The notes beneath the pieces are model-generated. The model worked only from the letters and a program-made list of their open reading frames with translations, was not told the origin of the DNA and made no database searches. Positions 45,453-55,137 of a stretch of DNA of 64,000 nt are shown here, one piece after another. Source of the DNA: Bdellovibrionales bacterium Ga0074137 (lineage in GTDB: Bacteria > Bdellovibrionota > Bdellovibrionia > Bdellovibrionales > JAMPXM01); the NCBI GenBank assembly GCA_001464715.1, contig LNDT01000013.1, positions 19,823-83,822 on the forward strand. The letters run 5' to 3'. Both the position numbers and the translations under genes were made by a program. The stretch's first letter is position 1. The number at the start of each line of letters is the position of its first letter.

Positions 45453-46271
45453 ATGGCGCGTTTTAAGGCCCGAGCTTTTTTGCAGGCCATTGCCACCACG
45501 GCGGCCCTCTGCCTTTGTCTTTGTCTTTTATCGCCGGCTCAAGCGAACGCAAACCTCGCGAGCGATGAGACTGCGACCGCAAGTTCCCGCCTTAATTTAC
45601 CGGAAGGGGTTTTAATTTCCCAGAGTGATGACTCCTACGACCCTTTCGCCGACTACTCGGAATTTGATGAAGCCGTCGACGAGGAAGAAGACTTAAACTT
45701 CTTCAGAAACGGTCGCCTTCTGACTTTGGGATTTCTCGGAGGTCTTCGAACTTGGACAGGTTCCCTAGGGAAAAACTACTCGAGCGACATGTCATTCGGT
45801 CTCTTTTTGTGCTACTTTTTTGACCTTCGATTCGCACTGCAGTTTGGATTTCTAACAAGTGACCATGTGCTTGCGGTTTCAGGATCCGGCTACACTCCGA
45901 TTCGGGGAAACGTGAATATCACCGACCTCGGTGCAAATTTAAAATACTATTTCAATACTCAAAACGTAACTCGCGGCCTTGCAGATCTGAACCCCTATCT
46001 CTTGGGTGGGTTCTCGCAAATTTATAGAACGACCACAGTTTCTGGGGAAACGGGCTTTGGTAAAGACCAAGCGTTTGCTTTTAATATCGGCGCCGGTATC
46101 GAGATCCCGGCCATGCGAAATAAGCTCTTTTTTGGAGCGCAGGCGATGTTTCAATATGTGATGTTCTCAAACGAGTCGAACGTTGTCGTCGATACCGATG
46201 AGATCCCGACGGGTGTCACCCTTAACGGCGATTCCTTTACGGTTTTAGGTGTTCTGGGCGTCAATTTCTAA
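45453..46271 (+). CDS. outer-membrane beta-barrel protein (OmpA-N/porin-like)
   Basis: ATG 45453 gives MARFKARAFLQAIATTAALCLCLCLLSPAQANA (signal peptide). It has alternating beta-strand patterns and a C-terminal ...GVLGVNF ending in Phe. Confidence 0.6.
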   Translation: MARFKARAFLQAIATTAALCLCLCLLSPAQANANLASDETATASSRLNLPEGVLISQSDDSYDPFADYSEFDEAVDEEEDLNFFRNGRLLTLGFLGGLRTWTGSLGKNYSSDMSFGLFLCYFFDLRFALQFGFLTSDHVLAVSGSGYTPIRGNVNITDLGANLKYYFNTQNVTRGLADLNPYLLGGFSQIYRTTTVSGETGFGKDQAFAFNIGAGIEIPAMRNKLFFGAQAMFQYVMFSNESNVVVDTDEIPTGVTLNGDSFTVLGVLGVNF

Positions 46272-46319
46272 AGGTCCAGTCCAGTCGAGTTCCCTGTTGG
46301 GAAGTCCGATAAAGACTGC

Positions 46320-49070
46320 GTGCTGAATTCAGTTTTCAAACGACATATTAAACCCTTAGCCGACGGCTTATCTCTTTTTTTGAGCGCCGTGATGGCGGGT
46401 CTTTTATTTTTTCCGAGCCCTGCATCGGCCCGCTGGGCCTCTATTGAATCAGCGCCGCTTCACATTGCTCGCCATGATCGGACTTTGAGTGTCGCGGAAG
46501 ATTCTTCTTGGACACTTCGAGGCGAACTTTTCCTTCGCCTCAATAACGAATCGGGGCAAAGCCTGCTCTCATCTTTTGAATTTCCAATCAGCGACAAACT
46601 CGAAACCATCAAAATTTCGGACATCGAGATTACGGAACCAAAACAAAAACCCCGAAAATTGCCGCTGACGGCACTTCTAATGAAAGAGGTCGATAAAAAA
46701 AGTTCTTTGGAAAACCGACTTTTTCTTCCTGATCAACGCCCCGTAATTCCCCTGGGCCAACTTGCGGTCGGCACTCTCGTAAAAATCAGCTACGAGATTG
46801 AACAGAAAAATCAGCGGATACCAGATCTTTTTTCCTACGACTTTCTTTGGGGCCGCGAGTACCCTGAGCTTGCTGGTATCCTCACATTCGAATCAAAGTC
46901 ACCGCTCTACCTCGACATTTCGAAAGCTGCTCAAAAACATCTCGCCTTGTCTCAAGGGCGGCTTCCCAATGGTCTGAATGTCTGGAAGGCAGAAATTAGA
47001 TCTCCACTTTATTTTAGACCAGAAAATGAATTGGGCGGTATTCTTTCAACAAATCTCATTCCACGAATCCAAGTCTCAAACAGAAATTCTTGGGCCAAAG
47101 TTGTCGAGACGCTTTCGCCCAGGTTTACGCTTCCAGAGTCCACGCCACTTCCAGCTTCGTTGATCGAAATCGTCGAAGCCGCGAAGGCAGTTCCGAAGTT
47201 CGAAAACAGAATCAATAAAATTATCGAACTCCTAAACCGAGCCGTCGCATCCGGAGGAGATTGGTCTGATGGCAATGAAGGCTTCACGCCTCTTCCACTG
47301 GCGATGACGTTGGCTTCGAAACAGGGAAGCAGCAAGGATCACGCTTTTACGACCGTGGTTGTCCTTCGAGCCCTCGGATATGCGGCCGATGTTGCATTGA
47401 TCTGGAAGCAATCGCCAACAGAAAAAATTTGGATTGAAGAGACACCCCGAACCCCATCACTCAAGCTTTTCAATCACGTCATGGTTCGTGTCGTTGATCG
47501 CGGACGTTTCCGGTACTTTGATCCAACGCACTCGGTTCCCTTTGGTGAGGGCTATTTGAGCGACGTCGCCGGATCGTGGGCGCTCACGTTGAACCCAAAA
47601 GGAAAAAACTTCGAGCGACTTTCAACCGAAACACCCATCGTGTCGCATATCAAGATCACGCAAAATCTTGATCTTCGACCCGATCAAAGCATCGTCGCTA
47701 CAGGAACGATTAAAATCGAAGGACCACTCTCGGCTGAACTGAAGCAGCTTTATTTCAATCGAGGCTCCTCAAACGTTGATCCTTACTTGAGATCACTTCT
47801 CGGACTGACTTTAAGAAGTGAAATTACTAATCCCACTCTCCAAGCAAACTCCGAGGATCGAAACGGCCACACCTTTGATTTGAATTTTTCCTACCTCGCC
47901 TCTGGCGCTCTTCGAACTTTTGGGCCGTATCGTGACTTTGACCTCGTTCCTCCGGGCCTTGCCGGTGTGCCACTGCTTGCGACGGACGACCGCGAGACTG
48001 ACGTCATAATGGCCAGAAATCTAACTCTCGAGACCGAGACCCGAATCATCGGCGGCGATGTATCGGACGAGGCGAATACGTCATGCATTGCTCTGGCTTC
48101 GTTCGCCTCCATCGTTCGTGAAACAAAAGCGCAGTCAGGCCTCTTTACAATCTCAGATCACATTCAGTTTAAAACTGATCGCATTTCGGCCGAGGCCATG
48201 AAGACGCCCGTATTTCGAAACGAAATTCAAAAGTACACAGAGTGTCTGACAAAATCCCGTGTTTCCGTTGGTCCAAGGCCCGCCTTTGAACGCTCCCCCG
48301 TTGGGCTCAGCCCCCGCGAGGTGACGGCGCTAAAAAAACCAATAGCATCCATGAACCTTCAAGACGTAAAAAATCTTGAGGAAATCGCAACACCTCAGCT
48401 TCAAAGTCTCATCAACACGAAAATTTGGCTCGCCACCCGCGAGATGCTTCGACGAAACACGAAGTCTCCCGCCGTCATGCTTGAATACTCTAACGCACTT
48501 CTTGAAACCGGGCGTGTGACAAGCGCAAATGGCGACGCCTTCCTTACAGATCACATCGCAGAAGCTGCGAAGCTGTTCGGCGCCGTCGGAATTCAAAAAG
48601 GCGCGAGCGCCAAAACTAATCGTGTTCATGCGACGATGCTCTTCGCAACGGGCCGTCTTAAAGAGGCTATCATCGCAACTCAAAATGCGATGACTCTTGA
48701 AAAAGGACAGGCTCGAGACGCCTTGTTTCTTGGGCAGCTTTACATGAAGCTTGGCGATACGTCGAAGTCACAAGAATGGCTGATGAAAGCGACCACGCTG
48801 GCCGGCTCTAAATCGACACGCCTAAGGGCCATAGAAATTTTCGCAGATTTACGCCTTTCCCAAAACCGCATCCCAGACTTTATTTCTCTCTACGGACAGG
48901 CCATCCGCGAATCGCCGACAAATGCATGGACCTATCACGAGTTCGCAAAAAAACTGCAAGGTCTCAAAATGTGGGATCAATCTCTCGAAAATTCGCGCCG
49001 GTCGCTGGGAATTTTGAAATTTCCAGAGGCGAGAGTCTCTTCTATACAGCCCCTGGAATTGTCTCTGTAG
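46320..49070 (+). CDS. large secreted protein, transglutaminase-like fold region plus C-terminal TPR-like repeats
   Basis: 916 aa with a GTG start and a signal-like N-terminus. The segment GSSKDHAFTTVVVLRALGYAADVAL resembles a transglutaminase core but has Ser where the catalytic Cys is expected. The C-terminal third is helical-repeat-like. Confidence 0.55.
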   Translation: MLNSVFKRHIKPLADGLSLFLSAVMAGLLFFPSPASARWASIESAPLHIARHDRTLSVAEDSSWTLRGELFLRLNNESGQSLLSSFEFPISDKLETIKISDIEITEPKQKPRKLPLTALLMKEVDKKSSLENRLFLPDQRPVIPLGQLAVGTLVKISYEIEQKNQRIPDLFSYDFLWGREYPELAGILTFESKSPLYLDISKAAQKHLALSQGRLPNGLNVWKAEIRSPLYFRPENELGGILSTNLIPRIQVSNRNSWAKVVETLSPRFTLPESTPLPASLIEIVEAAKAVPKFENRINKIIELLNRAVASGGDWSDGNEGFTPLPLAMTLASKQGSSKDHAFTTVVVLRALGYAADVALIWKQSPTEKIWIEETPRTPSLKLFNHVMVRVVDRGRFRYFDPTHSVPFGEGYLSDVAGSWALTLNPKGKNFERLSTETPIVSHIKITQNLDLRPDQSIVATGTIKIEGPLSAELKQLYFNRGSSNVDPYLRSLLGLTLRSEITNPTLQANSEDRNGHTFDLNFSYLASGALRTFGPYRDFDLVPPGLAGVPLLATDDRETDVIMARNLTLETETRIIGGDVSDEANTSCIALASFASIVRETKAQSGLFTISDHIQFKTDRISAEAMKTPVFRNEIQKYTECLTKSRVSVGPRPAFERSPVGLSPREVTALKKPIASMNLQDVKNLEEIATPQLQSLINTKIWLATREMLRRNTKSPAVMLEYSNALLETGRVTSANGDAFLTDHIAEAAKLFGAVGIQKGASAKTNRVHATMLFATGRLKEAIIATQNAMTLEKGQARDALFLGQLYMKLGDTSKSQEWLMKATTLAGSKSTRLRAIEIFADLRLSQNRIPDFISLYGQAIRESPTNAWTYHEFAKKLQGLKMWDQSLENSRRSLGILKFPEARVSSIQPLELSL

Positions 49071-49411
49071 ATCCAAAAGCGATCGAAGTGGCAGAAAGTC
49101 TATCGTTAGAATGTCTCAAGTACACGCGCGATGAGGAGCTACCGTTCCGAATTGCCGGATACGCAGCATTTTTAAAGGCACTCACCGGCGACTACGGTTC
49201 GTTAATAGCAACGCAATCCTATTTCTCCAAAGCCATTGAACGTGGTGCGAAAGATGATTGGGTGAAGGAGCGCCTCGCGGTTGCGAGCCAAGCCCTCGAG
49301 TCGCGTCGTCCGCTCAATTTTGTTTGGGCCGCATTTATCGAAAGTAAAAAGAGAAATCCTGCAGCCAGCGGTGTCTCACCAACGCCATCACAAATGAGTC
49401 CATCCCGCTAG
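48926..49411 (+). CDS. ORF in the -1 frame overlapping the end of the 916-aa gene; possible frameshifted continuation or small separate gene
   Basis: The 161-aa track ORF looks coding only from about 49030 onward (helical, TPR-like: FRIAGYAAFLKALTGDYGSLIATQSYFSKAIERG). There is no ATG after the upstream stop; GTG 49088 is a possible start. Confidence 0.3.
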   Translation: MDLSRVRKKTARSQNVGSISRKFAPVAGNFEISRGESLFYTAPGIVSVDPKAIEVAESLSLECLKYTRDEELPFRIAGYAAFLKALTGDYGSLIATQSYFSKAIERGAKDDWVKERLAVASQALESRRPLNFVWAAFIESKKRNPAASGVSPTPSQMSPSR

Positions 49412-50782
49412 CTCAGAAATGAACGCGAATAGCGCTGCAGCAAGACTCAGCGTTATTAAAAAGGGTGCGATGTAGCGAACAACAATTCTCCAGTGAGAAT
49501 AAAGCGTTTGAGTCACGAGCGAATCGTCATTCACAAACTCGTTGATCGCAGGACTTGCCTTTAGCTTACGAGAAAGTGCTAAGCAGAAAGCCAAAACTCC
49601 AATCGGCAATAAGACATTCACAACCACAGTGTCCCAGAGCGAAAAAAGGGATTGGCCGCGAACTGTCACGCCTTGAAGACCACTCGATGAGAGCGACGGA
49701 ATTGAGGCGCAAAGAACTGTGACCGTACCAACTATCCATCCCGCCCTCTCGCGCGAAACCTTTAAAACTTCAGTCACGTTGGCGACAAGCGCCTCTAACA
49801 AACCGATCGACGCTCCAAGAGCGCCAAGATAGAGACAAACAAAAAATGCCACGCCAAAAAACCAACCCGAATCGATTCCTTGAAGAAGCCTTGGAAGAGC
49901 TCGAAATAGGAGTTCGGGCCCGGAACCACCGAGGCTCATGCCAAGAATGGTCGGAAAAATAAGAAGGCCCGCAAACAGCGAAATCACTGTGTCTAAAGTC
50001 GCCACACGAAATCCAGCACTTGGAATATGGGTCTCTGGCTTGAGGTACGATCCAAAGGCGACCATTGTCCCCATGCCAACGGACAACGAGAAAAAGACAT
50101 GCCCCAGCGCGTGGAGTGGCGAATAGAGAGTGAGCTTTGTGAAGTCGGGATAAAACTGAAAACGTAAAGCCTCAACCGCCTGCCCCGTGGCCAATGATTT
50201 CACAACCAAAATCCCCAGAAGCACCACAAAAATGGGCATTATGTTTCCAACCCATTTCTCAATCCCCTCTTGCACACCCTTCACGACAATGACCAACGAC
50301 AAAAGAATGTGGACGCTCGCCAAAGCCAACTGCAAAAGGCCATTGTCTTTTAGAAGTTTGAGGCTTGAGTCGACATTTTCACCAGATGACAGAATGCTAC
50401 CGAAGGTGAATTGCATCAGAAAGTGCAGAACCCAGCCACTCACGACGGCGTAATAGGAGACTACTAAAAGACAACTCAGCGCCGCAAGAACACCGGCCCC
50501 AAAAGTGCGTCGGCCGATAATCCCGACTTCGTCGTTACGGTCCAGCACACGAAAGGCCGCAACGGATCCACGTCTTGTGATTTTCCCAAGCATTAACTCG
50601 CCAATGAGAATCGGTAGACCTATCAGCAGAACGAAGGCCACGTAGAGAAGAACAAAGGCACCGCCGCCATTTTCGACCGTCACAAACGGAAATCGCCACA
50701 AGTTTCCAAGACCCAGTGCCGAACCCACCGCCGCCAAATAAAAACCAAATCGCGTGCCCCAGAGTGAATCACGACGTGCCAT
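49388..50782 (-). CDS. sodium-dependent transporter, neurotransmitter:sodium symporter (NSS/SNF) family
   Basis: 464 aa with WGTRFGFYLAAVGSALGLGNLWRFPF at the N-terminus; polytopic. Confidence 0.85.
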   Translation of the reverse strand: MARRDSLWGTRFGFYLAAVGSALGLGNLWRFPFVTVENGGGAFVLLYVAFVLLIGLPILIGELMLGKITRRGSVAAFRVLDRNDEVGIIGRRTFGAGVLAALSCLLVVSYYAVVSGWVLHFLMQFTFGSILSSGENVDSSLKLLKDNGLLQLALASVHILLSLVIVVKGVQEGIEKWVGNIMPIFVVLLGILVVKSLATGQAVEALRFQFYPDFTKLTLYSPLHALGHVFFSLSVGMGTMVAFGSYLKPETHIPSAGFRVATLDTVISLFAGLLIFPTILGMSLGGSGPELLFRALPRLLQGIDSGWFFGVAFFVCLYLGALGASIGLLEALVANVTEVLKVSRERAGWIVGTVTVLCASIPSLSSSGLQGVTVRGQSLFSLWDTVVVNVLLPIGVLAFCLALSRKLKASPAINEFVNDDSLVTQTLYSHWRIVVRYIAPFLITLSLAAALFAFISELAGWTHL

Positions 50783-50785
50783 CGC

Positions 50786-52159
50786 CTACGCGTTCTCCCC
50801 ACGGTTACGACCCGAACCCATACAGAAAATACGAATCGGCACACCTTGAAGGTCCCATTGCTCTTGAATGCGTTTTGCCAAAAAACGCCGGTAGCTCTTC
50901 GTTACTCCATCGGGATGGTTTGCAAAAGCGATGAAGGCCGGTGGCCGCTGATGCGTCTGAGTCAGGTAGTAAAACTTGATATTCGTTGTCGCCCAGACAG
51001 GTGCTGGCGCTTGGCGAATGACATTTGTGAAGAAGTCATTGAGCTCGCCCGTCGGGATTCTGATCGCTAACTTCTCTTCCATAAGCGCAATGGCTTCAAA
51101 GAGATCTTCCAACCCGCGTCCGGTTTTCGCCGACGTGAATACGATGGGAACGTCAGGAAAAAAATGAAACTCTTCTTCGATCCGGGTTTTAAACCACGAG
51201 CGATATTGTGGCTTCTCGCGCTCTCCTAAATCCGATTTGTTAGCCACGACGATCACGGCCTTGTGCGCATCCAGTGCTGACTCAAGAATTTTCGCATCTT
51301 GGTCTGTAGGCCCAATAACTCCGTCGACCACGAGCAAAACAAGATCTGCTCTTCGAATGGCATCTTGAGACTTAAACGCAGAGATAATCTCGACGTCTTC
51401 TTCCCGCTTTGCCGACCGACGAAGACCAGCCGTGTCGATGAGAACAAACTTTCGATCGTTGTAAACAAGCTCGGTATCGACGGAATCAACGGTCGTTCCC
51501 GCTACTTCCGAAACAAGAAGTCTATGTTCACCCAAAAGATTATTGCAAAGTGAGCTTTTACCGACGTTGGGCTTTCCCACCATGGCAAGCTTTAGTCCGT
51601 CTCGAATAGTGTGCTCAGTCTGTTTCACCTGCGAAACAATCCATTCCAGCACCTCGTCCATGCCAAGCCGCATTTCGACACTGGCCGCGATCAATGGAAC
51701 GCCAAACTCATAAAACTCTGCTTTTGAAAGCTCGAGATCATGACTGCGGTCGAGTTTATTGATCATGATGACAAAGGGTTTTCCGGTCTCGTTGGCAATG
51801 CGAATGAGATCTCGATCCTCCGGCAAAAGTCCCGCTCGGCCATCCATGACGACAATCAAATGATCGACGCTCGAGAGAAACTCAATCACTTGCTCACGAA
51901 TCAGCTGCGAAAAAAGATCATTGGCTTCCGTCAAACCACCCGTATCAATGACATCAAATTTGACGCCCCAAACTTCTGCCGGCTCAATGAGTATGTCTCG
52001 GGTCACGCCGGGCTGGTTTTTGACGACAGCTTTTCGCGAGTCCGTCAGATAGTTGAACAACGTCGATTTTCCGACGTTCGGACGCCCAATGATCGCAACC
52101 CGCGACGTGGGACGATAGGCTTTAAAAAGTGATTCACTCTTTGACGACGACATAACCAA
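50786..52159 (-). CDS. der: ribosome-associated GTPase Der (EngA)
   Basis: 457 aa with two tandem G-domains (GRPNVGKSTLFN; GKPNVGKSSLCN) and a KH-like C-terminus. Confidence 0.9.
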   Translation of the reverse strand: MVMSSSKSESLFKAYRPTSRVAIIGRPNVGKSTLFNYLTDSRKAVVKNQPGVTRDILIEPAEVWGVKFDVIDTGGLTEANDLFSQLIREQVIEFLSSVDHLIVVMDGRAGLLPEDRDLIRIANETGKPFVIMINKLDRSHDLELSKAEFYEFGVPLIAASVEMRLGMDEVLEWIVSQVKQTEHTIRDGLKLAMVGKPNVGKSSLCNNLLGEHRLLVSEVAGTTVDSVDTELVYNDRKFVLIDTAGLRRSAKREEDVEIISAFKSQDAIRRADLVLLVVDGVIGPTDQDAKILESALDAHKAVIVVANKSDLGEREKPQYRSWFKTRIEEEFHFFPDVPIVFTSAKTGRGLEDLFEAIALMEEKLAIRIPTGELNDFFTNVIRQAPAPVWATTNIKFYYLTQTHQRPPAFIAFANHPDGVTKSYRRFLAKRIQEQWDLQGVPIRIFCMGSGRNRGENA

Positions 52160-53069
52160 GTTCCTTCAACATTCGCTTATTCTTCGTCCAGCCTTCGCGA
52201 ACGTCGACATGCAAATCGAGATAAATTTTTGATCCAATGAGCTTCTCGATCGCTTTACGGGCGTCGGTTCCAATTTTTTTTATGTTTGAGGCCTTAGCTC
52301 CGATCACAATCGCTTTGTGGGCTGTTCTCTCAACGACAATCTCGGCGTAGATTTTCGTGACGTCGCCCTCGGCCTCTGGCTCCTGAAATTTCACAATCCG
52401 GATAGCAAGCCCATAGGGGACTTCTTGTCGAGTGTGCTGAAAACAAGCCTCTCTGATAAATTCCGCCGAAAGCTTTCGAATGGTCTCCGTCGTCAAAAGC
52501 TCTTCATCATAAAGAGGCGCTTCCGCTTTCGGCAGAAGAGGAATCAAACGCGATACGACTTCGTCGCGCGCTTCTTCTTCTCTTTTTAAGGCCGATATCG
52601 TGATGAAGGGGGCTTTTGTTGCAACAAGCACCGGTAAGCACTTCGGCGCACGCTCGCCAGTGATGAGATCCGCTTTTGTAACGACAACTGTGAATGGCTT
52701 CCCAGACTCGGTCGCCATTTGAATCAAACGTGCGGCTGTTGTGTCGGTCGTGTCGGCGCCTAAAACCACCAACACCACATCGGCCCGAACAATCACATCA
52801 CCGACTTCGTCTTTCAAAAAAGAATTAATGCCAGAGGTTGATTCGATCGTGCCTGGAGCATCGACGAAAACTATCTGTACTTCGTCGTTTGAGAAAAGTC
52901 CGTGAATACGTCCTCTGGTTGTCTGGGGTTTTTCAGAAACTATCGAAATTTTTTCGCCAAGAATGGCGTTCATGAGCGTGCTTTTACCGGCGTTAGGTTC
53001 GCCCAAAAGCGCTACGAAACCGGCACGGTAGTTTGAGTTCACAATTTTTCGGCCACGGTCTTTAATCAC
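52134..53069 (-). CDS. era: GTPase Era
   Basis: 311 aa with a G-domain (GEPNAGKSTLMN) and a KH domain. Confidence 0.9.
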   Translation of the reverse strand: MIKDRGRKIVNSNYRAGFVALLGEPNAGKSTLMNAILGEKISIVSEKPQTTRGRIHGLFSNDEVQIVFVDAPGTIESTSGINSFLKDEVGDVIVRADVVLVVLGADTTDTTAARLIQMATESGKPFTVVVTKADLITGERAPKCLPVLVATKAPFITISALKREEEARDEVVSRLIPLLPKAEAPLYDEELLTTETIRKLSAEFIREACFQHTRQEVPYGLAIRIVKFQEPEAEGDVTKIYAEIVVERTAHKAIVIGAKASNIKKIGTDARKAIEKLIGSKIYLDLHVDVREGWTKNKRMLKELGYVVVKE

Positions 53070-53791
53070 GTCTCATCACCTATCTTCACTCTCTCAGAAT
53101 TCTGCTGCACCACTTCAAGAGCGGCCCTGGCCGCATCTTGTTCGGCTGCTTTTTTACTTTTTCCTTCACCGCGTGCAATTTCACTTTCGCCAAAGCTCAC
53201 CGAAACTCTGAAACTGCGGCTGTGAGCAGGTCCGAACTCATCGATAGCGGCATAGATTGGCGTGAGTCCTTTTTCTTCGTGCGACCATTCTTGAAGTCTC
53301 GTCTTGTAGTCCCGTTCAAAATCGAGCGCCGTGGTCCTTAAACTTGTGATTTCTTCGGTAAAAAGATCATTGATCACTTTTTCTGCTGCTTCAAAACCAG
53401 AGTCCGAAAAAATGGCTCCTATCAAGGCCTCCAGGCCACATGCCAAAATTCGGGGCTTGGCAGATCCACCGGTTTTAACTTCGCCGCGTCCCAATTTCAG
53501 TCGATCCTGAAGACCAAGACGAATCGAAATCGCAGCCAATCGCTCTTCATTGACCAAACTCGCTCGACGTTTCGAAAGAGTTCCTTCATTTTCGGAGGGA
53601 AATTCGCGCATGAGTCTGGCACTTAAAACTGCACTCAAAACCGCATCTCCCAAGAACTCGAGACGTTCGTTGTCGTCGATCCCGGTCGACACCGATGCAT
53701 CGGCCCGACGCTCGTTTGCAAACGACTTGTGAGTGAGCGCCACTTCAAGCCAGCGCGGGTCTTTGAAAATATGCAGATTAGCGACTTTCAC
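53066..53791 (-). CDS. rnc: ribonuclease III
   Basis: 241 aa with the RNase III signature ERLEFLGDAVL and a C-terminal dsRBD. Confidence 0.9.
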   Translation of the reverse strand: MKVANLHIFKDPRWLEVALTHKSFANERRADASVSTGIDDNERLEFLGDAVLSAVLSARLMREFPSENEGTLSKRRASLVNEERLAAISIRLGLQDRLKLGRGEVKTGGSAKPRILACGLEALIGAIFSDSGFEAAEKVINDLFTEEITSLRTTALDFERDYKTRLQEWSHEEKGLTPIYAAIDEFGPAHSRSFRVSVSFGESEIARGEGKSKKAAEQDAARAALEVVQQNSERVKIGDET

Positions 53792-55137
53792 AAAGACACT
53801 TCGCCTTCAAACCAACCATCCATCCGACCCGCCGTCGGGGCAACAAAAGCACCCAACTTCAAAGCGACTTCGGTTCCAGGCTTAAGTGATGCCTCCGTGA
53901 ATCGCGCTCGAACATTCCAATAATCTTTCGTGATAAACCGAACATAGTCTCCGCGACTCTCTGACAGCGCGAGACCCTGCGCACTCTCGCCAACTTTAAT
54001 CGTTGCACTTTCATTGTAGCGCGCTCTGGAAAGTTCACGCACGAGCTGAGCCCGGCGGCGTCTAACGTCCAATGGAACTGATCCTTCTAGTGCAATCGCC
54101 TTCGTCCCTGGCCGCTCGCTATAGGGAAAAACATGAATTCTTGTCCATGGAAGTTGAGACAACCGGTGGTAAGTGTCTTGAAACTCTTCTTCCGTTTCGC
54201 CCGGAAATCCCACGATCAAGTCCAGGCCAACAAATGCTCCAGAAAGCTCTACCGCGATCGAGGTCAAGACGCGCTCGACATCTTCGGCCGAGTAACGTCG
54301 ACGCATTCGCTTTAAGGTCTCGGTGTTGGCACTTTGAATCGAAAGATGAAAATGGCGACAAAGTTTTGGCTCCGACCGATAGAGCCCCATCAAACGAGGG
54401 CTGAGCTCGACAGGTTCAAGACTGGATATTCGAATGCGGGGAATTTTCGTCTCTCGGCAGATGCGCTCAACGAGATCATCCAAACCTTGGACTTTCGCTT
54501 CCGAACTATCTTCGTAGTCGGCAATGTGAACGCCCGTAATCACGACTTCTTTGGCGCCCGACACTTCAAGCTCACGCACCCGATGAATAAGCCTTGAGAC
54601 TGGAATGCTTCTCGATTTTCCACGCGCGAACGGGATCACGCAGTATGAGCAAAAGCTGTTACACCCGTCTTGAATTTTCAAAAACGAACGAGTGTGATCA
54701 GCTTCAAGTCCTCCGCCCTCTTCAAGATCATCTTTTCTGAAAATATTAGAGCGGAATACTTTTGAATCCAGTGTTCCTTTAAAGAGGCGATCAATCAGAT
54801 CTTCGATCTGTCCTTTGTGCGAATTTGCGACCACCAGGTCCGCGCCCGGAAGCGTATCGAAAACGCCGCCGTCGACCTGCGCCCCACACCCGGTGACGAC
54901 GACTTTTGAAAGCGGCTCTTGAGACTTTATCTGCCGGACTTTACGGGCGGCTTCTTTGGTCGCCTCACTCGTTACGGCACACGTGTTGAGAACATGGACG
55001 CGAGGTTTTGAGGAAGATAAGCCCAAGCCGTCGGCCTTAGGCCGAAGACGATTCTCAAGAAGGCCCGTGTCATACGTGTTCACTTTGCAGCCCCACGTAT
55101 GGAAAACGAAATCGTATCTCGACGTCATGGAATCCAA
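53788..55137 (-). CDS. mtaB: radical-SAM methylthiotransferase, MtaB-like
   Basis: 449 aa with a UPF0004 N-domain (FHTWGCKVNTYDTG), a radical-SAM cluster motif (CNSFCSYCVIP) and a TRAM-like C-terminus. The subfamily call (MtaB versus MiaB/RimO) is tentative. Confidence 0.65.
   Translation of the reverse strand: MDSMTSRYDFVFHTWGCKVNTYDTGLLENRLRPKADGLGLSSSKPRVHVLNTCAVTSEATKEAARKVRQIKSQEPLSKVVVTGCGAQVDGGVFDTLPGADLVVANSHKGQIEDLIDRLFKGTLDSKVFRSNIFRKDDLEEGGGLEADHTRSFLKIQDGCNSFCSYCVIPFARGKSRSIPVSRLIHRVRELEVSGAKEVVITGVHIADYEDSSEAKVQGLDDLVERICRETKIPRIRISSLEPVELSPRLMGLYRSEPKLCRHFHLSIQSANTETLKRMRRRYSAEDVERVLTSIAVELSGAFVGLDLIVGFPGETEEEFQDTYHRLSQLPWTRIHVFPYSERPGTKAIALEGSVPLDVRRRRAQLVRELSRARYNESATIKVGESAQGLALSESRGDYVRFITKDYWNVRARFTEASLKPGTEVALKLGAFVAPTAGRMDGWFEGEVSL

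Noticed and set aside
49008-49026. A programmed -1 ribosomal frameshift site at the 916-aa ORF / -1 ORF junction (GGAATTTTGAAATTTCC).
   Set aside because: There is no X XXY YYZ heptamer in the zero frame and no obvious downstream stimulatory structure. An indel, a pseudogene or a separate ORF is more parsimonious.
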